Notes: generated by a model not told the origin, from the sequence alone. A stretch of 64,000 bases of DNA from Tannerellaceae bacterium (GCA_031274415.1 JAISQD010000054.1:1691-65690); one strand, 5' to 3'. Positions 1-9,907 are shown, counted from the first letter of the stretch. Program-made: numbers and translations.

Positions 1-9
1 AGGAAAAAA

Positions 10-402
10 GTGGGAGGTTTGATTTTCAGGCCTGCTATACGTTTCCGGTTTCCCATAGTGGGCGATTGGGTGTCCATTGCTGCAGAGCCCGGCGTTCTCC
101 TGAATCTTATACCAGATGAGAGGTTGGAGTTTGGTTATGTAAATACAGAAAAATTTGAATTTATCACAAAATACCAGACAATAAAGAATAAAGGAGGCCA
201 AGTTCTATTTTACGAAATGAAAACCTATATATCGGCGGTTATAGATAATTGGTCTATATTGGCCGGCTATAATTTATCGACATTCGACACCTATTCCGGA
301 AGACGAAATATCATCATAGAGGGGGATGCATTAAATACACATCTTCCAGGAAAGACGAAATTTAGCCATGCAGGATTTGTCGGCGTAGGCTACTTCTTTT
401 AA
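10..402 (+). CDS. Hypothetical outer-membrane beta-barrel-like protein, C-terminal part (probably truncated by the window edge)
   Basis: Amphipathic beta-strand pattern ending in GFVGVGYFF (C-terminal aromatic beta-signal); the frame is open from the window start. Confidence 0.5.
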   Translation: MGGLIFRPAIRFRFPIVGDWVSIAAEPGVLLNLIPDERLEFGYVNTEKFEFITKYQTIKNKGGQVLFYEMKTYISAVIDNWSILAGYNLSTFDTYSGRRNIIIEGDALNTHLPGKTKFSHAGFVGVGYFF

Positions 403-434
403 CTCGTATATCTCGCCCATGATTTTGGGTTTGA

Positions 435-1187
435 TTACCTATCCATCCATCTTTTAAAGTCGGACACACGCTCTCTGCTCACTAGAATATCTTCTTTCTC
501 TTGCCGGTTGGTAAGGATAATTTTTATTCTATTAGACGAGTATATTATCATATCCTGAATAGCATCATAATGGACTATAAAATTCCTGTTAACTCGAAAG
601 AACAGTCTTGAATCGACCAATTGTTCTATTCTATCCAGTGAGTAATCGACAGGATAACTTTTTCCAAAACAGGTGAAAAGGAACACAGATCGTTCAAGAG
701 TGTAAAAGCAAGAGACATCCGATGTTAGAACCGATTTATAATGTTCGCCAATCTTTATCAAGAAACGTTCTTTATTTTGATGAGGTAACTGTCGGATGAC
801 AGATTCGTATTTGGAATAATCCTGTTTTGTTCCATGTACTGTATTAAATTTATTAATGGCATTTCTCAACTCATCCGGGTTGATAGGTTTCAGTAAATAA
901 TCGATACTGTTTACCTTGAAAGCTTTCAAGGCATATTCGTCGTAAGCGGTAGTAAAAATAACGGGAGCTTCTATTTGGATTTTCTCAAAAATCTCGAAAC
1001 ACAGGCCGTCTTCAAGCTGAATATCCATAAAGATTAATTCGGGACTTTGGTTTTCAGAGAACCAGTTGACCGACTGCTCAACCGACCCGAGCACATCGAT
1101 TACTTCTATTCCCGAATCGGCTCCTTTCAGCAGGCGTATTAGTTTTTGTGAAGCCGGACGTTCGTCTTCTATTATTACTATTTTCAT
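435..1187 (-). CDS. LytTR-family DNA-binding response regulator
   Basis: Receiver motifs IIEDE, FMDIQL, FTTAY, YLLKP; LytTR C-terminal domain FFRVNRNFIV...VSRER. Confidence 0.95.
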   Translation of the reverse strand: MKIVIIEDERPASQKLIRLLKGADSGIEVIDVLGSVEQSVNWFSENQSPELIFMDIQLEDGLCFEIFEKIQIEAPVIFTTAYDEYALKAFKVNSIDYLLKPINPDELRNAINKFNTVHGTKQDYSKYESVIRQLPHQNKERFLIKIGEHYKSVLTSDVSCFYTLERSVFLFTCFGKSYPVDYSLDRIEQLVDSRLFFRVNRNFIVHYDAIQDMIIYSSNRIKIILTNRQEKEDILVSRERVSDFKRWMDR

Positions 1188-1188
1188 C

Positions 1189-2205
1189 TTAAATGCTTAT
1201 AATGGGAATTTTCACTATGAATTCATTATCCTTTTGATTTACGGCCATTTCTCTACCTGTAATCAATTTAACCCTCTCCTTAAGATTGGCTAAGCCGCTA
1301 CCGTAAGAATTATCCATATTGTTTTTCCTCTGTATATTATTGGAAACAACAATAAGCGTATCTTCTTTATAAATATCTATTTTTAATGGGATTTTTTCCG
1401 AAATGGAATTGTGTTTCAAGGCATTTTCAACCAAAATCTGTAATGACACCGGAACTATGCTGAATTTCTCGGAATCACTTACTTGTATTTGCAACCCTAT
1501 TTTATTCCCGGCCCGCTCTTTCTGCAATTCAAAATAGGTGGTAATAAACGCCAACTCTTTGGTTAAAGGGATTAAATCGACATCTTCATTATCCAAAATA
1601 TATCTGTAAATTCCGGATAGTTTCTGAATATAATGATCTGCTTTCTTCGCATCTTCATATACAATCTCGGAAAGTGTATTCAGGCTGTTGAACAGGAAAT
1701 GAGGATTGACTTGTGCTTTTAGGGTTCTGTACTGATATTTCAGGTTTTCTTCCCTTAGCTTTTGCTCCCGGCCAATCGCCTGACGCCATGTTGTGTAGAA
1801 GAACACCATGCAACATATAAAAAGTCCGATTGAAAGCGATATGATTGCGCCCGATTCTATCACATTTGTCCTATTTATCACGCTCCACCCTTTCATCCAA
1901 AATATGGTATAGCGGCCAAAGATATACAGTGAAAGCGCTATAAATATGGTAGCAAGCAGAGAAAATACAAATGATGGGATAAGCCCCTTTTTCAACTCTA
2001 CCATCGACTTTGTCGCATTGCTGTTGAGTATCTTGTTGAAGAGATAAGAAATACTCAAAACGGAAAGTAAATTAGTCACGCCAAACACAACTGTTGTCAT
2101 ATCGAATATAGCCAGGTTTTGCGATAATCTTAAGATAATAACAAACCCAAAGCTGAATAGCAGCGCTGCGGCAAATAATACGATCGTTTTTTTATTCTTT
2201 TCCAT
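1189..2205 (-). CDS. LytS/YehU-type membrane sensor histidine kinase
   Basis: Four N-terminal TM segments, LKAQVNPHFLFNSLN H-box, LVENALKHN N-box, GSGLANL; ATG at 2205 preferred over the upstream TTG. Confidence 0.93.
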   Translation of the reverse strand: MEKNKKTIVLFAAALLFSFGFVIILRLSQNLAIFDMTTVVFGVTNLLSVLSISYLFNKILNSNATKSMVELKKGLIPSFVFSLLATIFIALSLYIFGRYTIFWMKGWSVINRTNVIESGAIISLSIGLFICCMVFFYTTWRQAIGREQKLREENLKYQYRTLKAQVNPHFLFNSLNTLSEIVYEDAKKADHYIQKLSGIYRYILDNEDVDLIPLTKELAFITTYFELQKERAGNKIGLQIQVSDSEKFSIVPVSLQILVENALKHNSISEKIPLKIDIYKEDTLIVVSNNIQRKNNMDNSYGSGLANLKERVKLITGREMAVNQKDNEFIVKIPIISI

Positions 2206-2216
2206 TTCCTGCAAAT

Positions 2217-3044
2217 TTAATCATTATCATTGATCTTTGACATAGTGATATGCCTTACCGTATATTTTATATCACGTTCTGATTGATCTTTCTCTTTTAC
2301 GCTCATGAGTACATCTTCCGTTAGGTTGGCATATTCAATCTGCTTATCGGAAAGAGAAACATATACTTCGCCCCAATAATGGCTTCTGCCTTTCATGGTG
2401 ATATTTCCATATTCCAGATTCAAGGGGTTGTTCATCACCGAATATTTCAAAATCGCACATATTTCGTTATTGCTTTCCGTGATGCCCAACCAGGTAATTC
2501 TTGTATCTTTATTATCAAATGTCCCGTAAGCTATTTCCATTTCCGAATTTGCGTTTACAGCTCTAAATTCGGTATTTAATCTTAAGGAATCCCAACATTC
2601 ATACGCAAACACATCAAAGCCCATAACATCCCAGATCAAATTCATGGCTAACGGATCTGCTTCTGGTAAATTCTTTCTGAAAAAATCAGCGGATATAATA
2701 TCAGCCCCCTGCTGATATGTAAAGCCTTCCATATAATCGACCCTTTTACCTATAGGAAATTCCGTGTCAAGAGATCTGGAACTGGACAAATAAACATTTT
2801 TCCATTGCACTGAATCGCTTTTACAAGTTAAGTTTCCGGCCATTCTGATTTTTATCCGAAAATCACCGGATAGATCAAAATCATAATAGTCCGTTACCAT
2901 CCGATAAGAGCGAGCCTGCGACTTGTCAAGCTCAATCGCTGGAAGAGAATCAAGATAAGCCGGTGCGTTTACTGTCTGTGAAAATGCACGGTTGATAGTA
3001 AATGTAATGACCATCAATACTAAAAATAAACCTGAAGTTTTCAT
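2217..3044 (-). CDS. Secreted hypothetical protein, first gene of the LytS/LytTR operon
   Basis: 275-aa ORF with a Sec signal peptide, closely coupled to the kinase gene. Confidence 0.75.
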   Translation of the reverse strand: MKTSGLFLVLMVITFTINRAFSQTVNAPAYLDSLPAIELDKSQARSYRMVTDYYDFDLSGDFRIKIRMAGNLTCKSDSVQWKNVYLSSSRSLDTEFPIGKRVDYMEGFTYQQGADIISADFFRKNLPEADPLAMNLIWDVMGFDVFAYECWDSLRLNTEFRAVNANSEMEIAYGTFDNKDTRITWLGITESNNEICAILKYSVMNNPLNLEYGNITMKGRSHYWGEVYVSLSDKQIEYANLTEDVLMSVKEKDQSERDIKYTVRHITMSKINDND

Positions 3045-3156
3045 TTCTCTATTTTTTTATGTTATTCATATTTGTCACAAAGAAAAGTTCTTTCCCTTGT
3101 ACAATAAAATAAAAGTTGCCGAGCCGTTATTTTAGATGTATGAATCGTATAATTCA

Positions 3157-3228
3157 GACGGGAGCTATTTCTATTTGCTCAAGAGCTATTTCAAACGGGA
3201 CGGGAGCTATTTTTATTTGCACAGGAGC
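3157..3228. repeat. 21-bp-period direct repeats with GAGCTATTT core
   Basis: GAGCTATTT at 3162, 3183 and 3204, and GAGC at 3225. Confidence 0.8.
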
Positions 3229-3237
3229 GGGATTTAG

Positions 3238-3343
3238 CTGCACAACTGTGTAGGTTGAGCTACACTATTGTGTGGGTCTGACTACACAGTTGTGTACGCC
3301 TCACGACACAATTGTCTGCGTCCGGCTACACTATTGTGCTGTC
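3238..3343. repeat. Five degenerate 22-bp tandem units with a semi-palindromic CTACACWRTTGTG core
   Basis: Units start at 3238, 3260, 3282, 3304 and 3326. Confidence 0.85.
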
Positions 3344-3364
3344 TTGTATCTGGTGCAAAATAGG

Positions 3365-3672
3365 GCAAAAAGCCCCCCAATAAAGTTTTCCTTTTTTTGC
3401 CTTCACCCTTTCACCTTTCGTGTAACGCACTGGCCAACAACCAACTGTGGTGAAGGGAGGGTGAAAGGAGGTGAAAGGAGTCGGGAATCGGGAAATTGGA
3501 GAAACCCCCTGCCTTTATTGAGTAAATTGTAGCGCTTTCAAGGTGAACGCCGCCGTCGTTTCACCTCCTTTCACCCTCCCTTCACCACATTTAGTTGTTG
3601 GCCAGTGCGTTACACGAAAGGTGAAAGGGTGAAGGCAAAAAAACGAAAACTTTATTTGGAGGGCTTTTTTGC
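3365..3672. repeat. Long imperfect inverted repeat (REP/MITE-like), ~112-bp arms and an 82-bp spacer
   Basis: 3365-3476 is the near-exact reverse complement of 3559-3672; each arm has internal TTCACC/GGTGAA palindromy. Confidence 0.92.
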
Positions 3673-3768
3673 TCTTTTCGTTCTATCTTTGTAGCAAAAA
3701 GAGTCAATAGTTCTCCATCAAAAGAAAAAGAAGTATCTTTGTACTATTAATATATTAAAAACAAAACT

Positions 3769-3972
3769 ATGGTAATAGAAAGAACAGCCAATGAATTTGT
3801 GATCCGGTTTCCGATTACATCTGATATAGAACAGATACAGGATGTTATTGATTACCTACGTTACAAAGAATTAACGGGTAGCTACAGCGTTCCTCAATCG
3901 GAAGTTGATCAATTGGCACGGGAAATCAATACAAATTGGTGGGAAAATAACAAAGCAAAATTTCAGAAATGA
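3769..3972 (+). CDS. Putative antitoxin, small acidic partner of the PIN toxin
   Basis: 67-aa ORF directly upstream of a PIN-domain gene; TATCTTTG -7 promoter boxes lie upstream. Confidence 0.7.
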   Translation: MVIERTANEFVIRFPITSDIEQIQDVIDYLRYKELTGSYSVPQSEVDQLAREINTNWWENNKAKFQK

Positions 3973-3976
3973 AATA

Positions 3977-4426
3977 ATGAAAATTATTGTTGATACCAAT
4001 ATCGTATTTAGCGCTTTACTTAATTCAAACAGTAGAATAGGCAGGTTATTGTTGAATCCCAACAGCAGTTTTGAATTTTACAGTTGTAAGTATCTGCAAA
4101 AAGAAATCGACAGGCATTGGTCTAAAATTCAAACATATTCAAAACTAAACAATGATGATTTAGCAGAATTAATAAGTTTTGTAGAGAGGCGTATTTTCTT
4201 TATAAACGAAGAATTATTACCTAATGCCATTATCAACGAAGCAAAAGAACTTGTGGCAGGAGTGGATTTTGACGATTTTGCATTTGTCGCCATCACTAAT
4301 GTTTTGGGAGGTCGGTTGTGGACTGGAGACAAAAGATTGATGGATGGATTAAAACAAAAAGGATATAAGCAGCTTATTTCAACGTTAGAAATGTGGGAAT
4401 TATTGGATTTGCAGAGGGGCATTTAA
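3977..4426 (+). CDS. PIN-domain (VapC-like) toxin
   Basis: MKIIVDTNIVFSAL N-terminus, DFDDFAFVA, LWTGDKRL; ATG at 3977. Confidence 0.9.
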   Translation: MKIIVDTNIVFSALLNSNSRIGRLLLNPNSSFEFYSCKYLQKEIDRHWSKIQTYSKLNNDDLAELISFVERRIFFINEELLPNAIINEAKELVAGVDFDDFAFVAITNVLGGRLWTGDKRLMDGLKQKGYKQLISTLEMWELLDLQRGI

Positions 4427-4574
4427 CCAGAAGAAATAGCTTGAATGCAACTGCCCGAATCAACTCTTGGGACAGTGTCCCAAAAATAGAACAGATGCAG
4501 GGTATACGCCGTTTTGCTGAAAGTTCCGGATTTTTGCGTAAATTTGTCCGCTATAGTTATTGAATAAATGTGTT

Positions 4575-5183
4575 ATGATGAGTTTCAGCGAATTGGGCTA
4601 TTCTATATTTGAGAGGGCGACGAATGATTATCATGTGGCTGACCATGTGGATACGCCGATATGCAATCCATACGAGATGAGGAGTATAGAGTATTACCTG
4701 TACCTCAAGAACTGGATCGACGCCGTGCAGTGGCATCTGGAAGATATTATCCGCAACCCCGCTATCGACCCGGTGGAAGCCCTGGCGTTGAAACGCCGTA
4801 TCGACGCTTCCAACCAGGATAGGACAGACCTGGTGGAATTGATTGACAGCTATTTTTTAGAAAAATACCGCGACGTGCCGGTGCGGGCGGATGCGACGAT
4901 CAATACCGAAAGCCCGGCATGGGCGGTAGATAGGCTGTCGATCCTCGCCCTGAAGATCTTCCACATGCAGCGGGAAGCGACCCGTCCGGATGCCGGCGCC
5001 GCCCATACTACGGAAGCGGGGAAGAAGCTGGCCGTTCTCTCCGAGCAGAAAAAGGATCTTTCGACGGCGTTGGATCAACTGCTTGAAGATATTCAAAAAG
5101 GGAAAAAATACATGAAAGTCTACAAACAGATGAAGATGTATAACGACCCGTCGCTCAACCCCATCCTTTACGCGAGGAAGTAA
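4575..5183 (+). CDS. DUF4254-family protein
   Basis: Motifs QWHLEDIIR, IDASNQDRTDLVE, NTESPAWAVDRLSIL, KQMKMYND; typical position before a GT9 gene in Bacteroidales. Confidence 0.85.
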   Translation: MMSFSELGYSIFERATNDYHVADHVDTPICNPYEMRSIEYYLYLKNWIDAVQWHLEDIIRNPAIDPVEALALKRRIDASNQDRTDLVELIDSYFLEKYRDVPVRADATINTESPAWAVDRLSILALKIFHMQREATRPDAGAAHTTEAGKKLAVLSEQKKDLSTALDQLLEDIQKGKKYMKVYKQMKMYNDPSLNPILYARK

Positions 5184-6214
5184 TGGCCCAGGTACTGATC
5201 ATACGGCTATCGGCTATCGGCGACGTGGCCATGACCATCCCGGTTATCTATTCCGCCGCGAAAGCCCGTCCGCAGGATTCGTTTACCGTCCTCACGCAGG
5301 CATTCCTTATTCCCGTCTTTATGAACCGTCCGCCTAACGTCGAGATGTTGGGGATCAATACCCTGGGGGCTGAGAAGAGCCTTCGGGGATTGCTTCGTTT
5401 CAGCCGGGCGCTGGTCAGGTACGATTACGATATTATCCTGGATTTGCACGACGTGCTGCGTACCCGGATCCTGCGCACCCTTTTCCGCCTGCGGGGGAAG
5501 CGTGTCTATGTCATCGATAAAGCCCGGAAAGAACGCGCCCGCCTGACCGCCCGCAACAACAAACTGCTCACCCCCCTGCGCCTGATGACAGACCGTTATG
5601 CCGATGTCTACCGGGCTGCCGGGTTGGATTTTGACGGCTCTTTCCGTTCCCTTTTTGAAGACCGTCCGCCTGCCTTGCAGGTGATGGAATCCGTCACCGG
5701 GAAGAAGAAAGGGAAATGGATAGGGATCGCCCCTTTTGCGAAGCATCGCGGCAAAATCTTCCCCACAGGGAAAATGGAAGAGGTGATCGCTGCCTTGTCG
5801 GAAAAGGAGGAGGCTACGCTTTTCCTTTTTGGAGGCCGGGGAGAAGAAGAGGCGGTCATGGCACGGTGGGAAGCGAAATACCAAAGGGTCAGGAGCGTCA
5901 CAGGGCGTTACTCCTTAGATAACGAATTGGCGTTGATCAGTTCGCTGGATCTGTTGGTCAGCATGGATTCGGCGAATATGCACTTCGCCTCATTGGTGGG
6001 AACAAGGGTTGTTTCTATCTGGGGGGCGACGCATCCCTATTCCGGCTTCTACGGCTACGGGCAGCGGCCGGAAGATGCGGTACAGGTTGAGCTGCCTTGC
6101 CGTCCCTGCTCCATCTATGGGAATACGACCTGTTACAGGGGCGATTGGGCCTGTATGACACAGCTCACACCCGGCATGATTCTTGCCAAAATCGAAGAGG
6201 CGCTGGGTATATGA
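5183..6214 (+). CDS. Glycosyltransferase family 9 (heptosyltransferase-like)
   Basis: RLSAIGDV N-terminus, DSANMHFA, SIWGATHP, CRPCS. Confidence 0.92.
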   Translation: MAQVLIIRLSAIGDVAMTIPVIYSAAKARPQDSFTVLTQAFLIPVFMNRPPNVEMLGINTLGAEKSLRGLLRFSRALVRYDYDIILDLHDVLRTRILRTLFRLRGKRVYVIDKARKERARLTARNNKLLTPLRLMTDRYADVYRAAGLDFDGSFRSLFEDRPPALQVMESVTGKKKGKWIGIAPFAKHRGKIFPTGKMEEVIAALSEKEEATLFLFGGRGEEEAVMARWEAKYQRVRSVTGRYSLDNELALISSLDLLVSMDSANMHFASLVGTRVVSIWGATHPYSGFYGYGQRPEDAVQVELPCRPCSIYGNTTCYRGDWACMTQLTPGMILAKIEEALGI

Positions 6215-7152
6215 AAATCGTTGTACATCCTGCATACCGGGCGTTTACCGGCTTTATCGAACAGCTCCCCACCCTGTTCGACACATCGGGTGAGACGCTC
6301 TACGAAGGGCGTAATATTTTAAAGATTTACCGCCTGCCCGGCAATACGCCTGTCGTCGTCAAACGATTCAGAATCCCCCTGTTGGTCAATCGAATCAGGT
6401 ACGCTCTTCTGGGAGAGTCAAAAGCCTCCCGCTCGTATCACAATGCATTGAAAATCCTTGAAAAAGGGATTTCAACGCCCGCGCCAGTGGCCTATATGGA
6501 AGAGAAAAAGTATGGGCTGCCGGCCTATTGCTATTACCTCTCCTTCTATGAAAGGGAGACGGAAACCGTCCGCTCCTATATGGGCGGCCATACTGCGGGG
6601 AACGAGCAGGTACTGGCGGCATTTACCCGTTTCACCGTCGCGATGCACGAAGCGGGCGTTGTCCACCTCGATTATTCTCCCGGGAATATCCTGCGGCGGA
6701 CGAACACAGGAACAGGCGACACCTTTACTTTGGTCGATATTAACCGTTTGACATTTTCTTCCCTGACCGAAGACGGAGCGTATCACAACCTGCAAAGGCT
6801 CTGCCTGTCGAAAGAGGCCAGTACGTGGATCGCCCGCGAGTATGCGCGGGAGAGGGGGTACGACGAAACCCGTGCCGTGGCGGCGGTCAACCGGTACAGC
6901 GACCGTTTTTTTGCCCACAAAATATGCTCCTTTGCCCGTAAAGATATACGGAAACAGTGCCGTAACATTTTCCCCCATTACCTCAGGCTGTTTCTTTATG
7001 CCTCCCTCCGGTTTATACGGACTGCGGGAGGGATGAAACCTCAAGGGTATCTCTACAATAGGGAGAAAGCGCTGTACTTTACCTATATCGCACCGTGCGA
7101 CCTGCGCAAGGTATGGCTACCGGATTATCTGGAAATAGCGGAAAAAGACTAA
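6211..7152 (+). CDS. Lipopolysaccharide core kinase (Kdo/WaaP/InaA family)
   Basis: VVKRF, catalytic loop HLDYSPGNIL, LVDINR; ATGA overlap with the GT9 stop codon. Confidence 0.85.
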   Translation: MKIVVHPAYRAFTGFIEQLPTLFDTSGETLYEGRNILKIYRLPGNTPVVVKRFRIPLLVNRIRYALLGESKASRSYHNALKILEKGISTPAPVAYMEEKKYGLPAYCYYLSFYERETETVRSYMGGHTAGNEQVLAAFTRFTVAMHEAGVVHLDYSPGNILRRTNTGTGDTFTLVDINRLTFSSLTEDGAYHNLQRLCLSKEASTWIAREYARERGYDETRAVAAVNRYSDRFFAHKICSFARKDIRKQCRNIFPHYLRLFLYASLRFIRTAGGMKPQGYLYNREKALYFTYIAPCDLRKVWLPDYLEIAEKD

Positions 7153-7183
7153 TTTTGCACTATGATTCAAGAAAAGAGATGTT

Positions 7184-7993
7184 ATGCTAGTGTCCCTTGT
7201 TGTATCGACCTATAATGCTCCCCGGTATTTGTCGTTATGCCTGGAGAGTATCCTGAACCAGACGCGGCTGCCGGATGAAATCGTTGTGGCGGACGACGGA
7301 TCGGGAAGCCCTACGCGCGAAGTCGTCGAATCGTTCGGGGAACGAACCGGCATACCCATCCTTCATATATGGCAGGAAGACAACGGGTTCAGGTTGGCAG
7401 AAATACGGAATAAGGCCATTGCCCGTTCGTTGGGCGACTACATTATCCAGATCGACGGCGATATCCTTCTTCATGCCGGCTTCGTATCCGATCACCTGGC
7501 CTTGGCTTCTCCGGGAAGCGTATTGCAAGGTTCGCGCGTCATGCTTGAAGAAAAGAGGTCGGAAGGCCTTGTGGAAAAACAGGAGTTCAGGGTAGGGTTC
7601 TTTTCGGGCGGACTGAAACGAAGGGAGAACGCCATCCGCTGTTTGCCCTTTTGCCGTTATTTGTCTACCCGGTACAGAAACCGCTATCCCCTGTATTATG
7701 CCCGGGGATGCAACATGTCGTTTTTCTTCCATGACTTTATTGCGGTGAACGGGTATGACGAATCCTTCACCGGCTGGGGACACGAAGACAGCGACCTGAC
7801 CCTAAGGATGCTGAACAGGGGGTTTACGAAAAAGTATCTGAAATTCGCCGCCGTTGCCTACCACCTCTTTCATGATGAGAAAAAACGGATAACAGACAAT
7901 TTAAATAAAAAGAAAATGGATGAACATCTGCGTTTGCATACCGCTTGGTGTGAAGACGGGATAGATAAATATTTGAAACAAAAAACACGCTAA
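7184..7993 (+). CDS. Glycosyltransferase family 2
   Basis: VSTYN, VADDGS, IDGD (DxD), RGCNMS, GWGHEDSD. Confidence 0.93.
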   Translation: MLVSLVVSTYNAPRYLSLCLESILNQTRLPDEIVVADDGSGSPTREVVESFGERTGIPILHIWQEDNGFRLAEIRNKAIARSLGDYIIQIDGDILLHAGFVSDHLALASPGSVLQGSRVMLEEKRSEGLVEKQEFRVGFFSGGLKRRENAIRCLPFCRYLSTRYRNRYPLYYARGCNMSFFFHDFIAVNGYDESFTGWGHEDSDLTLRMLNRGFTKKYLKFAAVAYHLFHDEKKRITDNLNKKKMDEHLRLHTAWCEDGIDKYLKQKTR

Positions 7994-8005
7994 ACAGCAT
8001 ACGCT

Positions 8006-8788
8006 ATGACTAAAACTTCATTATTGATCTCGACCTACAATTGGAAAGAGGCATTGTATCTTTCCCTTTTAAGTACGTTCAAACAGACCGTATTACCTTG
8101 TGAGATCCTTGTTGCAGACGATGGATCGCGCGACGATACGCGCCGGCTTGTCGACGAAATGAGGGAAATCTCCCCTGTCCCAATCATTCATATATGGCAC
8201 GAAGACACCGGATTCAGGTTGGCCGGTATACGGAACAAAGCCATTGCGAAGGCAACGGGGGATTATATGATCCAGATCGACGGTGATATTATCCTGAACC
8301 GTCATTTTATCTCCGATCATCTGGATTTGGCAGAGAAAGGGTATTTTATCTGCGGTAGCCGGGTACCGCTATCTCCTGCAGCCACCCAACGGCTATTGGA
8401 AGAGAGGGGCGAGATCAAACGCTTTTCGGAACTTTCCCTCAATAATCTGCGCTCAAAAACAGTCAGGCATTACTTGGCCGACCGGTTTGCCAAAGGAAAT
8501 TTCATGCGCCTCCGGGGGTGTAACATGTCGTTTTGGCGGGAAGACCTGATTGCTGTAAACGGGTACAATGAGCAATTGACGTCATGGGGACATGAAGATG
8601 CCGAACTGGCCTACCGCCTCTTTTTCTCCGGCAAACAGAAACGATACCTGAAAATGGGCGGCATAGCCTACCACCTCTATCACCCGTTTAATCCGAAGGA
8701 TCATGAAAAAGCGCATTATCAGATCATCGAACAGCTGAAAGCGACAAAGGGTTATTGGATCAAAGACGGCATAGACAAATACCTGTAA
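8006..8788 (+). CDS. Glycosyltransferase family 2, tandem paralog of the previous gene
   Basis: ISTYN, VADDGS, IDGD, RGCNMS, WGHEDAE. Confidence 0.93.
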   Translation: MTKTSLLISTYNWKEALYLSLLSTFKQTVLPCEILVADDGSRDDTRRLVDEMREISPVPIIHIWHEDTGFRLAGIRNKAIAKATGDYMIQIDGDIILNRHFISDHLDLAEKGYFICGSRVPLSPAATQRLLEERGEIKRFSELSLNNLRSKTVRHYLADRFAKGNFMRLRGCNMSFWREDLIAVNGYNEQLTSWGHEDAELAYRLFFSGKQKRYLKMGGIAYHLYHPFNPKDHEKAHYQIIEQLKATKGYWIKDGIDKYL

Positions 8789-8791
8789 CGT

Positions 8792-9907
8792 CTAAAGCAG
8801 TTTATACATACTTCCGGGTATGGCTTTCACGACATTGTTCATCTCCAGTTCAAACAGTAAGGTGGACAACCGGTAGACGGGCATATCCATTTCGATCGCC
8901 AACTGGTTGATATGCAATTCATTTTTCTCTCTTAGCATGGTAATAATCCGGAGGTGCTCATCCTTTTCTTTTCCGGCGAAAAGGGATGGCATTTGTGGCG
9001 GGGAAGGCTGTGGTTTACCCTCGACATCCCAGCATATGGCTGAAACGAAATCGGCCGCGCTGGTAATCAGCCCGGCTTTATTTTGCCTGATGATCCGGTT
9101 ACATCCCTGCGAACAGGTATCCGTCACTTTTCCCGGAAAAGCGTACACGTCCCGTCCGTACGAAAAAGCCAGGTCTGCTGTGATCAAAGATCCGCCCTTT
9201 TCCGCCGATTCGATGATAATGGTCGCATCGGACAATCCGGCGACAATCCGGTTGCGTTTGACGAAATTCATCTTGTCGGGCGTGGTATGACTTGGGAAAT
9301 CTGTCAGCAATCCGCCATGGGTCAACATGTCTGTTGCCGTTCCTGTATGGACGAAGGGATAAATCCTGTCTAAGCCATGCGCCAGGACGGCGACTGTCGG
9401 CAGTTGATGTTTCAATGCCGCGCGATGCGCCAGAATATCAATTCCGTAAGCCAGCCCGCTAATGATCAGCAAACCGGGAAAAAGCGCCGCCAATTCGCTA
9501 ATCAGTTTCTCCGTCAGGCTTTTTCCATAATCCGTAGCGCTCCTTGTCCCGACGAGGCTGACGATGCGTAAGGCGTTCAAGTCGGTATTTCCTCTATAAT
9601 AAAGCAGTACCGGCGCATCCGCACATTCCCGGAGGCGTTTCGGGTAACCGGTCTCGGTTATAAAATAGCAGGTAATCCCGTTCTTTTCAATAAAAGCCAA
9701 TTCTTTCTCCGCACATCTCAACACGTCCGGGTTTTTTATATTCGCAGCAATGACAGAACCTATCCCGGGAATCCGTTCCAGGGTAGACCGTTTCTCGGCG
9801 AATATGGCTTCTGCGCTGCCTAAGGTCTGCAATAACTGGCGTCCCATGATATCTCCTACTCCGTTTATCATAGTTAAGCCGATTTGGTAAAGAGATTGAT
9901 TTGTCAT
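8792..9907 (-). CDS. dprA: DNA-processing protein DprA
   Basis: VGTRSATDYG, SGLAYGID, RNRIVAGLS, GGSLITA, C-terminal winged helix. Confidence 0.95.
   Translation of the reverse strand: MTNQSLYQIGLTMINGVGDIMGRQLLQTLGSAEAIFAEKRSTLERIPGIGSVIAANIKNPDVLRCAEKELAFIEKNGITCYFITETGYPKRLRECADAPVLLYYRGNTDLNALRIVSLVGTRSATDYGKSLTEKLISELAALFPGLLIISGLAYGIDILAHRAALKHQLPTVAVLAHGLDRIYPFVHTGTATDMLTHGGLLTDFPSHTTPDKMNFVKRNRIVAGLSDATIIIESAEKGGSLITADLAFSYGRDVYAFPGKVTDTCSQGCNRIIRQNKAGLITSAADFVSAICWDVEGKPQPSPPQMPSLFAGKEKDEHLRIITMLREKNELHINQLAIEMDMPVYRLSTLLFELEMNNVVKAIPGSMYKLL

Noticed and set aside
3238-3343. Possible CRISPR array
   Set aside because: The period is only 22 bp with 8-9-bp linkers, the repeats are degenerate, and there are no cas genes in the window.
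3272-3532. 86-aa ORF
   Set aside because: It lies entirely over the tandem and inverted repeats and has no protein-like features.
3905-3976. N-terminal extension of the PIN ORF
   Set aside because: It overlaps the antitoxin gene; the PIN motif begins at the ATG at 3977.
4469-4486. Short palindrome TTGGGACAGTGTCCCAA after the PIN gene
   Set aside because: It is too short and isolated to assign; it could be a weak terminator, but nothing else supports that.
6097-6210. N-terminal extension of the LPS kinase ORF
   Set aside because: It overlaps the GT9 gene; the ATGA-coupled start at 6211 is more plausible.
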